A stretch of DNA of 64,000 nt from Corynebacterium sp. (GCF_030826625.1 NZ_JAPJNQ010000001.1:36187-100186), one strand, 5' to 3'. Shown: positions 1 through 10,542, counted from the first letter of the stretch. Notes: generated from the letters alone by a model not told the origin. A program made the numbers and translations.

Positions 1-2020
1 GGCTGATGGTATAAGCGGCAGCCTGGGTAAATAACCGCTGACGAGGCAGATCTAATGGCACCTGCTCTGCGACCGAGCCGTCGGGAAGCCGCACCATATA
101 CCCGGTGACCTGATGAATAACTTCGACACCGACCAGTGCCACCGAGACCTCCGGCGAAAGCTGCCGCACGCGGTGCGACGGTGGGCCAGTGACAATTCTG
201 ATCTGTGTATCGGATAAAGCTTGGGTGGAATAATCTGGTTGTTCCGGGCGCGCCAGGGCGATATATTCTTCAAAATCCAGCTCGTCGATGAGAAAGCTTT
301 CCCCCTGGTGCAAATACACCGCGCCGGGGTGAAGTTGGCTGGCTGCGCGTGCAGAATCCACCGTGCCTAACAAACGTCCATCGGACGAGTCGACGATCAT
401 CACTTGTTGTCCAGAACCACCGCGGATATCAACCTGTGCGTGCGCGGTATCGGGACGGATGGGGCCGTCGGGAAGCGGTGCGGCGAACCAGCCATGCTCC
501 CTGGCACGCAATAGACCAATCTCGGTTAGGTGTTGAACGACTTCGCTGGCTTGCCATTGCTCGATGTCAAAGGAGGTGAGAGGTTTTTCTACCGCAGCGC
601 AGTAAAGGTGGCCTTCTAGCACGTAGGGGTTTGCCGGGTTGAACACGCTGGCTTCGATGGGGCGGTCGAGTAGAGCTGCTGGATGGTGCACGAGATAGGT
701 ATCCATGGGATCGTCACGCGCGACGAGCACGACGAGTGAGCCCTGCCCACGCCTGCCAGCACGCCCGGCCTGTTGCCAAAATGACGCCACGGTGCCAGGA
801 AATCCAGCGCCCACCACGGCATCCAAGCCTCCGACATCAATGCCGAGCTCTAAGGCAGAGGTGGTGGCCACACCGAGCAGAGCACCGCTATCTAGATTGC
901 GTTCTAGCCTGCGCCGATCTTCCGCCAAATATCCCGCCCGGTAAGAGGCAATCCGAGCAGCAAAATCCATTCGGCCACGGGCACTGAGTTCTTCTGCGCA
1001 ACGTAGGGCAGTGGTTTCTGCTTGCCGACGCGAACGTACAAAAGTCAGCGTCCTGGCGCCAGTGGCGACCAGGCGTGCCATGATGGCGGCAGCTTCGGTG
1101 GATGCCGCGCGACGCACCGGTGCGCCGTTGTGGCCTTCCACATCCTCGCGAAAACCTGGCTCCCACAACGCGATGGTGCGCGCCCCCTGCGGGGAACCGT
1201 CGTCAGTAACCCCATGCATGGCGCGGCCAGTGAGCCTCTGGGCTTGGCCCACGGGATCAGCGGATGTTGCTGATGCGCAGATAATCGTCGGCTCAGAACC
1301 ATAATGCGCACAGATCCGCAGCAGACGGCGCAACACGAGTGCAACGTGGGAACCGAAGACGCCGCGGTAGGTATGGCATTCGTCGATGATGATGAACTCC
1401 AAGTGCCGTAGCATGCGCGCCCAGCGTTGGTGTGCACCCAGCAAGGATGCGTGCACCATGTCTGGATTGGAAAAAATGAACCGGGAAGATTCCCGAATTC
1501 CCGCGCGGGATTCGTTGGGGGTATCGCCGTCATACGGTGCTGGGGCGATCGAGGCTAGGTGGGGCAGTTGTGAGTTAGTATTCGCTGTTTGTGCAGCTGC
1601 CCGCTCATGGGCCTGCACATCACGCAATAATTGCTGGATTGATAACAACTGGTCAGATCCCAACGCCTTGGTGGGCGTCAGATACAACGCGCACGGTGTG
1701 GCAGCAGAACCGAGACGCGTGAGTACCGGCAGCTGATAGCCGAGTGACTTTCCGGACGAAGTTCCCGTAGCAATCACCGTGTTGCGGCCAGCATGAATCG
1801 CTGCCGCTGCCTGCACCTGGTGACTAAACAACTGCGTGATGCCGCGCTGCTCTAGACCAGCACGCAACGAAGGGCTAACCCATTCCGGCCAAGCGCAGTA
1901 ACTTGCGAAGCGCACGGGCACTACGCGCTGGTGCGTGAGCGTGGAATTGGGGAAAGCAGCAATGAGTTCGTCGAGAAGCTCCTGGCCAAAAACCGCATCT
2001 TGTTGGCTCCCGGTGCCCAT
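1..2020 (-). CDS. ATP-dependent DEAD/DEAH-box (DECH) helicase, 3' end runs off the window
   Basis: The reverse-strand ORF starts at the ATG at 2018-2020 behind an AAGGGGG Shine-Dalgarno and continues open to position 1. Its translation carries a Walker A motif (ATGTSSGKS), a DECH box (FIIIDECH) and QxxGRAGR. It lies divergent to cspA, as do Rv3649/cg0370. It is missing from the ORF track, probably because no stop lies inside the window. Confidence 0.75.
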   Translation of the reverse strand, partial: MGTGSQQDAVFGQELLDELIAAFPNSTLTHQRVVPVRFASYCAWPEWVSPSLRAGLEQRGITQLFSHQVQAAAAIHAGRNTVIATGTSSGKSLGYQLPVLTRLGSAATPCALYLTPTKALGSDQLLSIQQLLRDVQAHERAAAQTANTNSQLPHLASIAPAPYDGDTPNESRAGIRESSRFIFSNPDMVHASLLGAHQRWARMLRHLEFIIIDECHTYRGVFGSHVALVLRRLLRICAHYGSEPTIICASATSADPVGQAQRLTGRAMHGVTDDGSPQGARTIALWEPGFREDVEGHNGAPVRRAASTEAAAIMARLVATGARTLTFVRSRRQAETTALRCAEELSARGRMDFAARIASYRAGYLAEDRRRLERNLDSGALLGVATTSALELGIDVGGLDAVVGAGFPGTVASFWQQAGRAGRRGQGSLVVLVARDDPMDTYLVHHPAALLDRPIEASVFNPANPYVLEGHLYCAAVEKPLTSFDIEQWQASEVVQHLTEIGLLRAREHGWFAAPLPDGPIRPDTAHAQVDIRGGSGQQVMIVDSSDGRLLGTVDSARAASQLHPGAVYLHQGESFLIDELDFEEYIALARPEQPDYSTQALSDTQIRIVTGPPSHRVRQLSPEVSVALVGVEVIHQVTGYMVRLPDGSVAEQVPLDLPRQRLFTQAAAYTIS

Positions 2021-2208
2021 TTCTACCCCCTTGTGGGTGTGCTTGGATGGTGAAAAGTGAATATATTTTCGCCAGAGTATCTTCTTGGCTTGATTCGTGC
2101 GAGACTTAAGCACTGAACGCGGTTTCTAGGTTAGTTCGAGAAGTGCTCGCAGCAAGGTTAGATTCGCGGACACTTTGCAGATCCGTCGCCAAAAGAAAAG
2201 GTTTTAAC

Positions 2209-2412
2209 ATGGCAAAAGGAACCGTTAAATGGTTTAACGCTGAAAAAGGTTTCGGCTTCATCGCTCCAGAAGATGGCTCGAAGGATGTCTTCGTGCACTA
2301 CTCTGAAATCCAGGGCAACGGTTTCCGTAGCCTGGAAGAAAACCAGCAGGTGGAATTTGAAATCGGCGAAGGCGCTAAGGGCCCACAGGCTCAGCAGGTC
2401 GTCGGTTTGTAA
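2209..2412 (+). CDS. cspA: Cold-shock protein CspA (67 aa)
   Basis: [18 protein letters not shown]...VFVHYSEI contains both RNP1 and RNP2 cold-shock-domain motifs. The ATG at 2209 is preferred over the in-frame ATG at 2143 because of length and homology. Confidence 0.9.
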   Translation: MAKGTVKWFNAEKGFGFIAPEDGSKDVFVHYSEIQGNGFRSLEENQQVEFEIGEGAKGPQAQQVVGL

Positions 2413-2460
2413 TACCCCACTGGTCGCTGATTAAAGCGTCCAGAATCGTAAAAACATTAA

Positions 2461-2495
2461 CCCAGCATCGCCACCCGGCATGCTGGGTTTTTGCT
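2461..2495 (+). terminator. Intrinsic terminator downstream of cspA
   Basis: Hairpin cccagcatg/catgctggg (9-bp stem) followed by a TTTTT run. Confidence 0.55.
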
Positions 2496-2646
2496 TTAGC
2501 GTAGAAGCGCCCTATATTACTGTGTAAATGAACTAGCGCAGCAGTACATTTGGCAGTACATTTGCAAGCTGCAGTACTGAGCACGCTAAGCACTCCGCAC
2601 ACTACATACTCTGCACGCTAATAAAGCACGAAAGAGACGTGATCCC

Positions 2647-5634
2647 GTGGCAGGCAAGACGCTCGTTATCGTCGAGTCACAGACCAAAGCAAAAAAGATC
2701 CAGCCCTATCTCGGCAACGACTACGTGGTTGAAGCCTCCGTGGGGCATATTCGCGATCTGCCACGCGGAGCTGCTGACGTTCCCGCGAAGTACAAAAAAG
2801 AGCCGTGGGCGCGGCTCGGCGTGGACACCGACAACGGTTTTGGTGCGTTGTACGTGGTCAGCCCAGATAAAAAGAAAAAGGTCACGGACTTAAAAAACAA
2901 GCTCAAGGATTGCTCTGAGCTGTATCTGGCAACAGACCCGGACCGTGAAGGTGAAGCTATCGCGTGGCACCTGTTAGAGGTGCTCAAGCCCAAGGTGCCA
3001 GTGCGTCGAATGGTGTTCAACGAGATCACTAAATCCGCGATCCTGGATGCTGCGAACAACACCCGCGAGCTGGACGAAGACCTGATTGATGCACAGGAAA
3101 CCCGCCGTATCCTGGACCGCCTGTATGGCTACGAGGTCTCGCCGGTGCTCTGGAAAAAGGTCATGCCGAGGCTTTCGGCTGGCCGTGTGCAGTCGGTGGC
3201 CACCCGCGTGATTGTCGAGCGCGAACGCGAACGCATGGCGTTTATCTCTGCCGACTACTGGGATCTATCGGCCACGCTCAACACCGGTGGGCGCGACAGC
3301 GCAGAAAACCCCGCGACGTTCCCGGCCCGCTTGGCCACCGTCGACGGCCTGCGCGTAGCCCAGGGGCGCGATTTCGATGACCGCGGCCAGTTGAAAGGTT
3401 CGGCGACCGTCGTCGACAAGCAACAAGCCACCCGGCTTGCCGACGGTTTGCAGCAGGCAAAGCTCAGCGTCACCGCCGTGGAACACAAGCCGTACACTCG
3501 GCGACCATACGCACCGTTTATGACCTCGACGCTGCAGCAAGAAGCGGGGCGCAAACTGCACTACAGCTCTGAGCGCACCATGCGTATTGCCCAACGGCTG
3601 TACGAAAACGGCCACATCACCTATATGCGTACCGACTCCACCTCGCTGTCGCAGCAGGGGTTGACCGCCGCGCGGAACCAGGCCACTGAGCTTTATGGCA
3701 GCGATTTTGTGGCCGATGCGCCACGTCGCTATGACCGGAAAGTGAAAAACTCGCAGGAAGCTCACGAGGCTATTCGCCCTGCTGGTGAGTCTTTTGCGAC
3801 GCCAGGTGCGCTGCATAACCAGCTGGATACCGAGGAATTCAAGCTCTATGAGCTGATCTGGAAGCGCACCATCGCCTCGCAGATGGCCGATGCCAAGGGC
3901 ACGTCGATGAAAGTCACCATGGCCGGGGCTGCCTCGACAGGCGAGAAGACTGAATTCCAGGCCAATGGCCGAACGATTACTTTCCCCGGATTCTTGCGCG
4001 CTTACGACGATGATTCGGCTGATAGCAGCGAAAAGCGCTTGCCGCAGCTGGATAAGGGCGATGAGCTGTCCGTCGACAAGGTCAGCGCGGAAGGTCACTC
4101 CACGAACCCACCGGCGCGCTACACCGAAGCGTCGCTGGTGAAGAAGATGGAAGAACAAGGCATCGGCCGCCCGTCGACGTACGCCTCGATCATCAAAACC
4201 ATCAAGGACCGCGGATATGTCCATGCTCGCGGTAATGCGCTGGTGCCATCGTGGGTGGCATTTGCCGTGGTCGGTTTGCTGGAAAACAACTTCGCGCCGC
4301 TGGTTGATTACGATTTCACATCCTCGATGGAAGACGAACTCGACCAGATCGCAACCGGCGAGCAAGACCGCACCGAGTGGCTCACCGGCTTCTACTTCGG
4401 CAATGATGTCCAGGACGATAACGATAAGAACACCGCCGAATCCATTGCGCGCCACGGTGGCCTGAAATCGCTGATCGACGTTAACCTGGAAAAGATTGAC
4501 GCCCGCGCGGTGAACTCACTGCACCTTTTCGACGACGAAGAAGGCCGTGCCGTCGTCGTCCGGGTTGGTCGTTATGGACCGTACTTGGAGCGTCGTGTTG
4601 GCACAGATGCCAACGGCGAGCCGGAGTACCAGCGCGCGAACCTGTCGGAGTCGACCACTCCGGACGAGCTGAATCTGCAGATGGCAGAAAAGCTGTTTGC
4701 AACCCCACAGGGTGGCCGTGAACTGGGCGAAAACCCAGAAAACGGCAGGGTGATCGTCGCGAAGGAAGGCCGGTTTGGCCCCTACGTCACCGAGCAGGTG
4801 CGTGACGACGAGCAAGAAAAGGCCGCAGCTGAGGCCGAGGAAATTATCCGCGAAGAGCGTGCCGCCGAAGATGCACAGCGCAAAGAGGAAGGCAAGCGCG
4901 CTAAGAACTGGGATACCAAGACTGCGGAGAAGCAAAAAGAAAAACGCATCGGCGAGTTAGTGGAAGCCAAGCTGAAGCCGGCGACGGCCTCGCTGTTCCA
5001 ATCGATGGAACCGGCTTCGGTGACTCTCGAGCAGGCGCTGCGTTTATTGTCGCTGCCGCGCGAAGTTGGCGTTGACCCTTCTGATGGCGAGATGATCACC
5101 GCGCAAAACGGCCGCTATGGTCCCTACCTGAAGAAGGGCTCGGACTCGCGCTCGTTGGCAGAAGAAGAGCAGATCTTCACCGTGAGCTTGGATGAGGCAC
5201 GCCGTATTTATGCGGAGCCGAAGCGTCGTGGTCGTGCTGCTGCGCAGCCACCGCTGAAGAAGCTGGGAGATAATGACGTTTCCGGTAAGCCGATGACGGT
5301 GAAAGACGGTCGGTTTGGCCCGTATGTCACCGACGGCGAGACCAACGCTTCGCTGCGCAAGGGCGATAAGCCAGAAGCGATGACCGATGCGCGGGCCAAT
5401 GAGTTGCTCTCTGAGCGGCGTGCGAAAGAAGCAGCCGGTGAGGTAGGCAAGAGGACCACCAAGAAGGCCGGGAAGAAGACGGCTGCGAAAAAGAGCGCCA
5501 AGAAAACCACGGCGAAGAAATCTACCACGAAAAAGACGACCAAAAAGACCGCTAAGAAATCGGCGAAGAAGGCGACCAAAAAGCCTTCACCAGGGACGAA
5601 AAACGTGGTGAAGGCAGGATCGCGCCGGAGCTAG
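2647..5634 (+). CDS. topA: DNA topoisomerase I with lysine-rich C-terminal tail
   Basis: 995 aa with a GTG start. It has a TOPRIM N-terminus (LVIVESQTKAKKI...DPDREGE) and the active-site region. The C-terminus is a KKxAKK repeat tail typical of actinobacterial TopA. Confidence 0.9.
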   Translation: MAGKTLVIVESQTKAKKIQPYLGNDYVVEASVGHIRDLPRGAADVPAKYKKEPWARLGVDTDNGFGALYVVSPDKKKKVTDLKNKLKDCSELYLATDPDREGEAIAWHLLEVLKPKVPVRRMVFNEITKSAILDAANNTRELDEDLIDAQETRRILDRLYGYEVSPVLWKKVMPRLSAGRVQSVATRVIVERERERMAFISADYWDLSATLNTGGRDSAENPATFPARLATVDGLRVAQGRDFDDRGQLKGSATVVDKQQATRLADGLQQAKLSVTAVEHKPYTRRPYAPFMTSTLQQEAGRKLHYSSERTMRIAQRLYENGHITYMRTDSTSLSQQGLTAARNQATELYGSDFVADAPRRYDRKVKNSQEAHEAIRPAGESFATPGALHNQLDTEEFKLYELIWKRTIASQMADAKGTSMKVTMAGAASTGEKTEFQANGRTITFPGFLRAYDDDSADSSEKRLPQLDKGDELSVDKVSAEGHSTNPPARYTEASLVKKMEEQGIGRPSTYASIIKTIKDRGYVHARGNALVPSWVAFAVVGLLENNFAPLVDYDFTSSMEDELDQIATGEQDRTEWLTGFYFGNDVQDDNDKNTAESIARHGGLKSLIDVNLEKIDARAVNSLHLFDDEEGRAVVVRVGRYGPYLERRVGTDANGEPEYQRANLSESTTPDELNLQMAEKLFATPQGGRELGENPENGRVIVAKEGRFGPYVTEQVRDDEQEKAAAEAEEIIREERAAEDAQRKEEGKRAKNWDTKTAEKQKEKRIGELVEAKLKPATASLFQSMEPASVTLEQALRLLSLPREVGVDPSDGEMITAQNGRYGPYLKKGSDSRSLAEEEQIFTVSLDEARRIYAEPKRRGRAAAQPPLKKLGDNDVSGKPMTVKDGRFGPYVTDGETNASLRKGDKPEAMTDARANELLSERRAKEAAGEVGKRTTKKAGKKTAAKKSAKKTTAKKSTTKKTTKKTAKKSAKKATKKPSPGTKNVVKAGSRRS

Positions 5635-5681
5635 TCCTTCGGGGCTAGTCTTCCGGGAGGGGAGTAGTGTTCCGAAGCTAG

Positions 5682-7100
5682 TTAGCCTGCGGAGCCAGAA
5701 TTCCCTGGAGCTGTGAAACCACCGGGAGCGTCAGGAGCGTCAGCAGTCTTCGCAGAGGTAGACGACGCAGCGGCAATCCGTTTGCGTTCTTCGCGCTTGG
5801 ACTCAATGCGCGGGCGCGAGCCGGGGCCATAGCCCAAGCGTCGGTGGGCGATTTCGAGCGGGCCATTCCAGCCCAGTGCCTCCCAAAGCCAAGCCAGCAG
5901 TAAAGTTGCCAACCAAACCAAGAATGCGATCACGCTTAACCCGGTGACGGTACGGCCTTCTGCTAAGTTCAGAGTGAATGGCAGTACTAAGAGCACAAAG
6001 AACACTGATTGGGCGACATAGCCAGACATGGAGCGTTTGCCCAGCGCGATGAATGGGCGCAGCAAGATTGGTAGCCGCTGGGTTTTGTCGTATTGCTTCT
6101 GCGCGCGGTTGCAGCCCAACGCGATGGCAGCGAGGATGCCCGGGCCGGTAAAAATCCCTAGAAAAAGATTTGCTGTCATCAGCTGATCAGCCAAATCTGG
6201 GTTGATGATTTCCAGTTCTGCCAAGCCCCACGGCACGCCAATGCCGACGCAGATTGCAGCAGCGACCACTGCCCAAATTACGAGTTCTTTTCGGTGCGCA
6301 TCGACGTCGGCAAGCACCCCACGACGCGCCCACACAAAGCCCAGCAGAATCACCGGAAGCAGCGTGAAAGCCACAAATATAGCTATGAATGGCGAGAATA
6401 GGGCGATAAAAAAGTTTTCTAATGCATATTGGCCGTAATCGCCGGTGTGCGTGGTGCCTTCCGGGAATCCAGTGGTGAACGAGACTGTATCACCGAAAAA
6501 TGAAGAGCCGATGCTGGAGAATACGATGGCTATGCCAGTCACGGCATGGACTGCGAAAAGCCCAGTGATGATCCACCCCAAAGTCTTATTGCGCAGTGAC
6601 AACATGGCTGCGACCAGCATGCCTGCAACGCCGTAAGGCAACATGATGTCACCGAAAAACAGTAACACCATGTGCAGCAAGCCGAAGACTGCGAGGAAGA
6701 AATATCGGCGAAGAATAACCTGGCGGGCGCGGGCGAGGGGAAAAGACTTCTTCCACAGGCTCATGGCGATCAGCCCGATGCCGAAGCCCAAGAGCGTGGA
6801 GAACATTGGCAGGCCGCGTACATGCACGAACATTGCGGAAAAAAGCGTGAAGACGGTATCGAGTAGTGAGCCGTCGGCATAGCCGCCGAAATAAGAATCG
6901 TGGATGCCTTCAGCGTGTTTGTTGGAGGTCTCTAGCGTCCACGCAGTCTGTATGTTTGCCAGCGCGATGCCGAGCAGCGCGATGCCGCGGGCGAAATCGG
7001 GTGCGATCATGCGTGGGGTAGGCGATGGCTGGTTCTGCGGTGCCGGGTTTTCCGGCGGTGGGGTGCTTGTTTGCGGGTATGGTGCAGGCTGATTCTGCAT
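5682..7100 (-). CDS. Polytopic membrane protein, DUF418/YeiB-like, with Pro/Gln-rich N-terminus
   Basis: About 9 predicted TM helices and a C-terminal ...PLEIAHRRLGYGP motif resembling the DUF418 signature. The ATG at 7100 has a GGGAG Shine-Dalgarno; the TTG at 7151 in the ORF track is less likely. Confidence 0.55.
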   Translation of the reverse strand: MQNQPAPYPQTSTPPPENPAPQNQPSPTPRMIAPDFARGIALLGIALANIQTAWTLETSNKHAEGIHDSYFGGYADGSLLDTVFTLFSAMFVHVRGLPMFSTLLGFGIGLIAMSLWKKSFPLARARQVILRRYFFLAVFGLLHMVLLFFGDIMLPYGVAGMLVAAMLSLRNKTLGWIITGLFAVHAVTGIAIVFSSIGSSFFGDTVSFTTGFPEGTTHTGDYGQYALENFFIALFSPFIAIFVAFTLLPVILLGFVWARRGVLADVDAHRKELVIWAVVAAAICVGIGVPWGLAELEIINPDLADQLMTANLFLGIFTGPGILAAIALGCNRAQKQYDKTQRLPILLRPFIALGKRSMSGYVAQSVFFVLLVLPFTLNLAEGRTVTGLSVIAFLVWLATLLLAWLWEALGWNGPLEIAHRRLGYGPGSRPRIESKREERKRIAAASSTSAKTADAPDAPGGFTAPGNSGSAG

Positions 7101-7270
7101 AAAGGCTCCCAGCGTGTGTACTTCAAAGTTGAGTATTTCGGCGCCATCCAAGCGCTAAAGGTAGGTTAGCAAAACCACGATTAGCCGAGACGGTCAACCG
7201 TAAAATGCAGCGGGTATAGCATCGGCAGGGGGTGGCGTCGACTAGCACGACACCGACAAGCAGAAAACCG

Positions 7271-8797
7271 CTAGGAACGATCCGCGAGAGTGGCCCGTAC
7301 CGGCCGTGCCAGCTGTGTCATTTCTCCGCGCCCACGCAGCTCGATGGATTTCAGGAACGTCCAGCGTGCTCGTTCGACCTCGTTAGCTCCGCGTAAAGTC
7401 GCTGCATTGGTAAGGATCTGCCCGGGGGTGTCTTTGGCCAGCTCGGTCAGACGTGCAGCTTGGTTCACCGCATCACCGATGACGGTGTACTCGAAGCGAT
7501 CAGAACCACCAATGTGCCCGGCGACGACGTGCCCGGCGGCCACCCCGATGCCGGCGTGCAAGGCTAGTCCTTTGAGCTCTTCGCGTAGCTCGCGCGCCGC
7601 CTGCAGTGCGAGTGAATTTGCATCAGTTAGTTGCAGTGGAGCGCCGAAGACTGCCAGTGCAGCATCGCCCTGGAACTTGTTGATGATGCCTCGGTTGCGG
7701 TGTACACATTCGACGACGTGCTCAAAAAACTGGTTGAGCTCGCCGACGACTTCTTCCGGGGTATGGCTGACGGCAAAGGTCGTCGAGCCGATCACGTCGA
7801 CGAAAAGCACCGCGACTTCACGGTCTTCGCCGCCGAGCTCGGGACGTTCTTCCAGAGCTTTGGTGGCGACTTCCGTGCCGACATAGCGGCCGAAAATATC
7901 GCGCACCCGTTCGCGCTCTCGCAGGCCTTTCATCATCTCGTTAAAACCGGCTTGCAGAACACCCATTTCGGAGCCGTCGTAGATATCGACTGCCACATTG
8001 GATTCACCACGGCGTACGCGGTTGATCGCATCCTGCAATTCTTTGATGGGGTCGATCACGCTCATCATGGCGAACATCGTGCCGGTCAGCCCAGTAACAA
8101 AACCGGTGGCAGCCATGATCAACACTGGTGGGATGAGGTCAGCGGCGTTGTCTGTGAAGTAATCAGCCTGGTGAGCAAACAGCAGCAGCACGATGCCGAG
8201 GATGGGCACGCCCGTGGTCATCACCCAGGTGGTCAGCAAACGCACTTTGATCGGCGGTTCCAGGGTGGAATCTTCAAACCGGCGTGCCAGTGCCTCGGCT
8301 GCGACTGGGCGCACCAAACGTTCGGCTTGCAAGTATGTGATCAGGATGGTGATCATCCCGGTGAGTGATGTGGAGATTGCGACGACCAAGCCCAGTCGGG
8401 CGGCGAAATTGCCGGCGAGGATGGTGGCAACCAAAATACCGATCAGCCAGACGAAGGCCGCCACCCCGGCCTGGTAGACCGGAATGCGCATGACCAGGTA
8501 GCGCACCATGTTTCGGTCGTGCTGTTCGGGGTTGCGTTGCCAGTCGAGTACTGGCCGGAACAGTAAATAGGTTGCGCCCATCCCGACGAGCACAGCGAAT
8601 ACTAGATAGGCGATGCCGACGGACCATAGGTTGGGAACTTCATCCGTGAAATCGGCGATTTCTGGCATCGGGATGAAAAATCGCACGAACAGCATCACTG
8701 CGATGGCGCCCGTGATGTTTGCGCCCAGAACTGCGGTAGCGAAAAGCGGCCACGAGGTTCCCCAAAGCCACTTCATGCCACGCAGAAATCTGTTCAT
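7271..8797 (-). CDS. cya: Membrane-bound class III adenylate cyclase (6TM-HAMP-cyclase homology domain)
   Basis: N-terminal TM helices and a HAMP-like linker precede the cyclase domain (VAVLFVDVIGST...NKFQGDAALAVFGAP...YTVIGDAVNQAARL). It sits in the same position relative to topA and holB as C. glutamicum cyaB and Mtb Rv3645. Confidence 0.8.
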   Translation of the reverse strand: MNRFLRGMKWLWGTSWPLFATAVLGANITGAIAVMLFVRFFIPMPEIADFTDEVPNLWSVGIAYLVFAVLVGMGATYLLFRPVLDWQRNPEQHDRNMVRYLVMRIPVYQAGVAAFVWLIGILVATILAGNFAARLGLVVAISTSLTGMITILITYLQAERLVRPVAAEALARRFEDSTLEPPIKVRLLTTWVMTTGVPILGIVLLLFAHQADYFTDNAADLIPPVLIMAATGFVTGLTGTMFAMMSVIDPIKELQDAINRVRRGESNVAVDIYDGSEMGVLQAGFNEMMKGLRERERVRDIFGRYVGTEVATKALEERPELGGEDREVAVLFVDVIGSTTFAVSHTPEEVVGELNQFFEHVVECVHRNRGIINKFQGDAALAVFGAPLQLTDANSLALQAARELREELKGLALHAGIGVAAGHVVAGHIGGSDRFEYTVIGDAVNQAARLTELAKDTPGQILTNAATLRGANEVERARWTFLKSIELRGRGEMTQLARPVRATLADRS

Positions 8798-8840
8798 AAC
8801 TTAATACAATAATGGTGCACCACCCGGCTACACTAGTGGC

Positions 8841-10133
8841 GTGAGTAATACGCGAGCCGCAACGGCGGACGACGCCACATCTACAACCGTCACACCTGCA
8901 ACATTGACCCCAAACGATACTTCTTCGAGTTCTGCTCTCACTATCGCTGAGCGTCTGCGTGATCACCCCCGGGTGCAAAAAACCATCATGGATGCCGCCC
9001 GTGCAGCCGCGCAGACACCCCAAGCCCAAACCCATGCGATGTCACATGCGTGGTTATTTACCGGCCCGCCGGGCGCTGGACGCTCAACCACAGCGTTGAA
9101 CTTTGCTGCTGCGCTGCTCTGCGAAACCCCGGGCGCCTATGGCTGTGGAGAATGCCAAGCCTGTCGTACAGCGATGACGGGCAAGCACACAGATGTCGTG
9201 CATGTCGTGCCGCAAGAGTTGTCGATCGGAGTGGATTTCGTCCGCGACAACGTTGTCTCTTCTGCTGCCAAGCGCCCCACGGTTGGCGCCTGGCGTGTGG
9301 TGATTTTCGAAGACGCCGACCGGCTGACCGACGGTGCCGCCAATGCACTGCTGAAAACCATCGAGGAACCGCCCGCGCATACCGTGATCATCTTGTGTGC
9401 GCCGTCGACTGACCCGGAGGACTTCCCACAGACGCTGCGTTCCCGCTGCCGCCATCTGTACGTGCCGGCGTTACCGGTGGACACGATTGTGCAGATGCTT
9501 GTCGACGAAGGTGCGAGTGAAAATCACGCCCGGTTGGCAGCGCATACTTCGTTGCGCCATGTTGGCCGCGCCCGCAAATTAGTGAATACCCCGGCGATCC
9601 AGCAGCGGCGTGCGCAAGCCATCAACCTCGCGGAAGCTATCTTCCACGAATCCGGTGGCTTCCAGGCCGTCGGCCAATTGGTTAAAGCTGTCGAAAAAGA
9701 AGCAAAAGAAAGTTACGCCGAAGCGGATGAGGCGGAAAAAGAACGTCTGCGCAACGCTTTGGGTATGGGGGCGAGAGGGAAAGGTACTCAGAAATCTGTT
9801 TCTGGTGGTGCTGGTGACTTGCGTGAGCTGGAAAAGCAGCAGAAGAAACGGCAAACGCGGCGTTTACGGGATGTATTGGATCTTGCCTTGGTTGATCTGG
9901 CTGGGATTTACCGGGACGCGCTGATGGTAAAGCTGGGCGCACAGGTGGATCTGACACATCCGGATTTTCAGCCGCTGGCCTCGGAGCTGGCTGAGCATTT
10001 GGATGAAGCGGGGCTGGTGGAATGCCAGGATGCGATTAGTCATTATCGTGAGCTTTTAGGCTTTAACGTCTCGCCGCAGATTGCTTTCGACGGGCTGGTG
10101 GGGCGTTTGCGCTGTGCATACCGGGTGCACTAA
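8841..10133 (+). CDS. holB: DNA polymerase III delta-prime subunit
   Basis: AAA+ Walker A (LFTGPPGAGRST) and a zinc module (CETPGAYGCGECQAC). The position is syntenic with Rv3644c/cg0376. The GTG start at 8841 is uncertain. Confidence 0.75.
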   Translation: MSNTRAATADDATSTTVTPATLTPNDTSSSSALTIAERLRDHPRVQKTIMDAARAAAQTPQAQTHAMSHAWLFTGPPGAGRSTTALNFAAALLCETPGAYGCGECQACRTAMTGKHTDVVHVVPQELSIGVDFVRDNVVSSAAKRPTVGAWRVVIFEDADRLTDGAANALLKTIEEPPAHTVIILCAPSTDPEDFPQTLRSRCRHLYVPALPVDTIVQMLVDEGASENHARLAAHTSLRHVGRARKLVNTPAIQQRRAQAINLAEAIFHESGGFQAVGQLVKAVEKEAKESYAEADEAEKERLRNALGMGARGKGTQKSVSGGAGDLRELEKQQKKRQTRRLRDVLDLALVDLAGIYRDALMVKLGAQVDLTHPDFQPLASELAEHLDEAGLVECQDAISHYRELLGFNVSPQIAFDGLVGRLRCAYRVH

Positions 10134-10175
10134 CTGTTACCGCCTCCCTGGTGTGGCGGTGCTAGTCCTGCCGTT

Positions 10176-10204
10176 TTCCATTGACGGCGACTATCGGCTA
10201 GAAT
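10176..10204 (+). promoter_or_regulatory. Candidate sigma-A promoter for tRNA-Thr (TTCCAT-17-TAGAAT)
   Basis: A -10 element TAGAAT at 10199-10204 with a weak -35 17 bp upstream. It lies about 70 nt before the tRNA. Confidence 0.25.
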
Positions 10205-10274
10205 GCCAGTGTTGCTGTGATTGTGCAGGAAGCCCGCTATGCGGGAATCTTTCACGGTTCCACACAAGCAACGT

Positions 10275-10350
10275 GCCATCTTAGCTCAGTCGGTAGAGCA
10301 GCTCCCTCGTAAAGAGCAGGTCAAGGGTTCGATTCCCTTAGATGGCTCCA
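10275..10350 (+). tRNA. tRNA-Thr (anticodon CGT), CCA encoded
   Basis: Manual cloverleaf fold: 7-bp acceptor stem GCCATCT/AGATGGC, D-arm GCTC/GAGC, anticodon loop cuCGUaa, T-arm AAGGG-TTCGATT-CCCTT, discriminator T plus CCA. Confidence 0.9.
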
Positions 10351-10542
10351 CTACTTCAACTCTTATTCCGCAGTGATTTTGTTGATCCGTGTGCCATGGG
10401 GGATTGGCGCAGCTACATCAGTTCTCCACTTTTCAGCCGAAGCGCGGCCATTGACGATAAGGCGAAGGCTAGAGCAAAAGCTGAAATATTTTTGTGAGCT
10501 TGCTAACAGCTGTGATACCGTGGCATCGAATGTGAAGGGGAG

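Noticed and set aside
2143-2412. Longer 89-aa version of cspA starting at 2143
   Set aside because: The N-terminal extension has no homology. The cold-shock domain begins exactly at the ATG at 2209 ([10 protein letters not shown]).
3265-4455. 396-aa reverse-strand ORF inside topA (and similar antisense ORFs 24189-25511, 15054-16151, 27915-28814)
   Set aside because: They lie entirely antisense within well-supported genes (topA, lpd, adh, sdhA). They have Arg/Gly/Ala-rich junk composition typical of high-GC antisense frames and no recognisable motifs.
5635-5681. Possible bidirectional terminator between convergent topA and the DUF418 gene (cttcgg...ccgaag)
   Set aside because: The stem is only 6 bp with a roughly 30-nt loop and no U-tract, which is not convincing.
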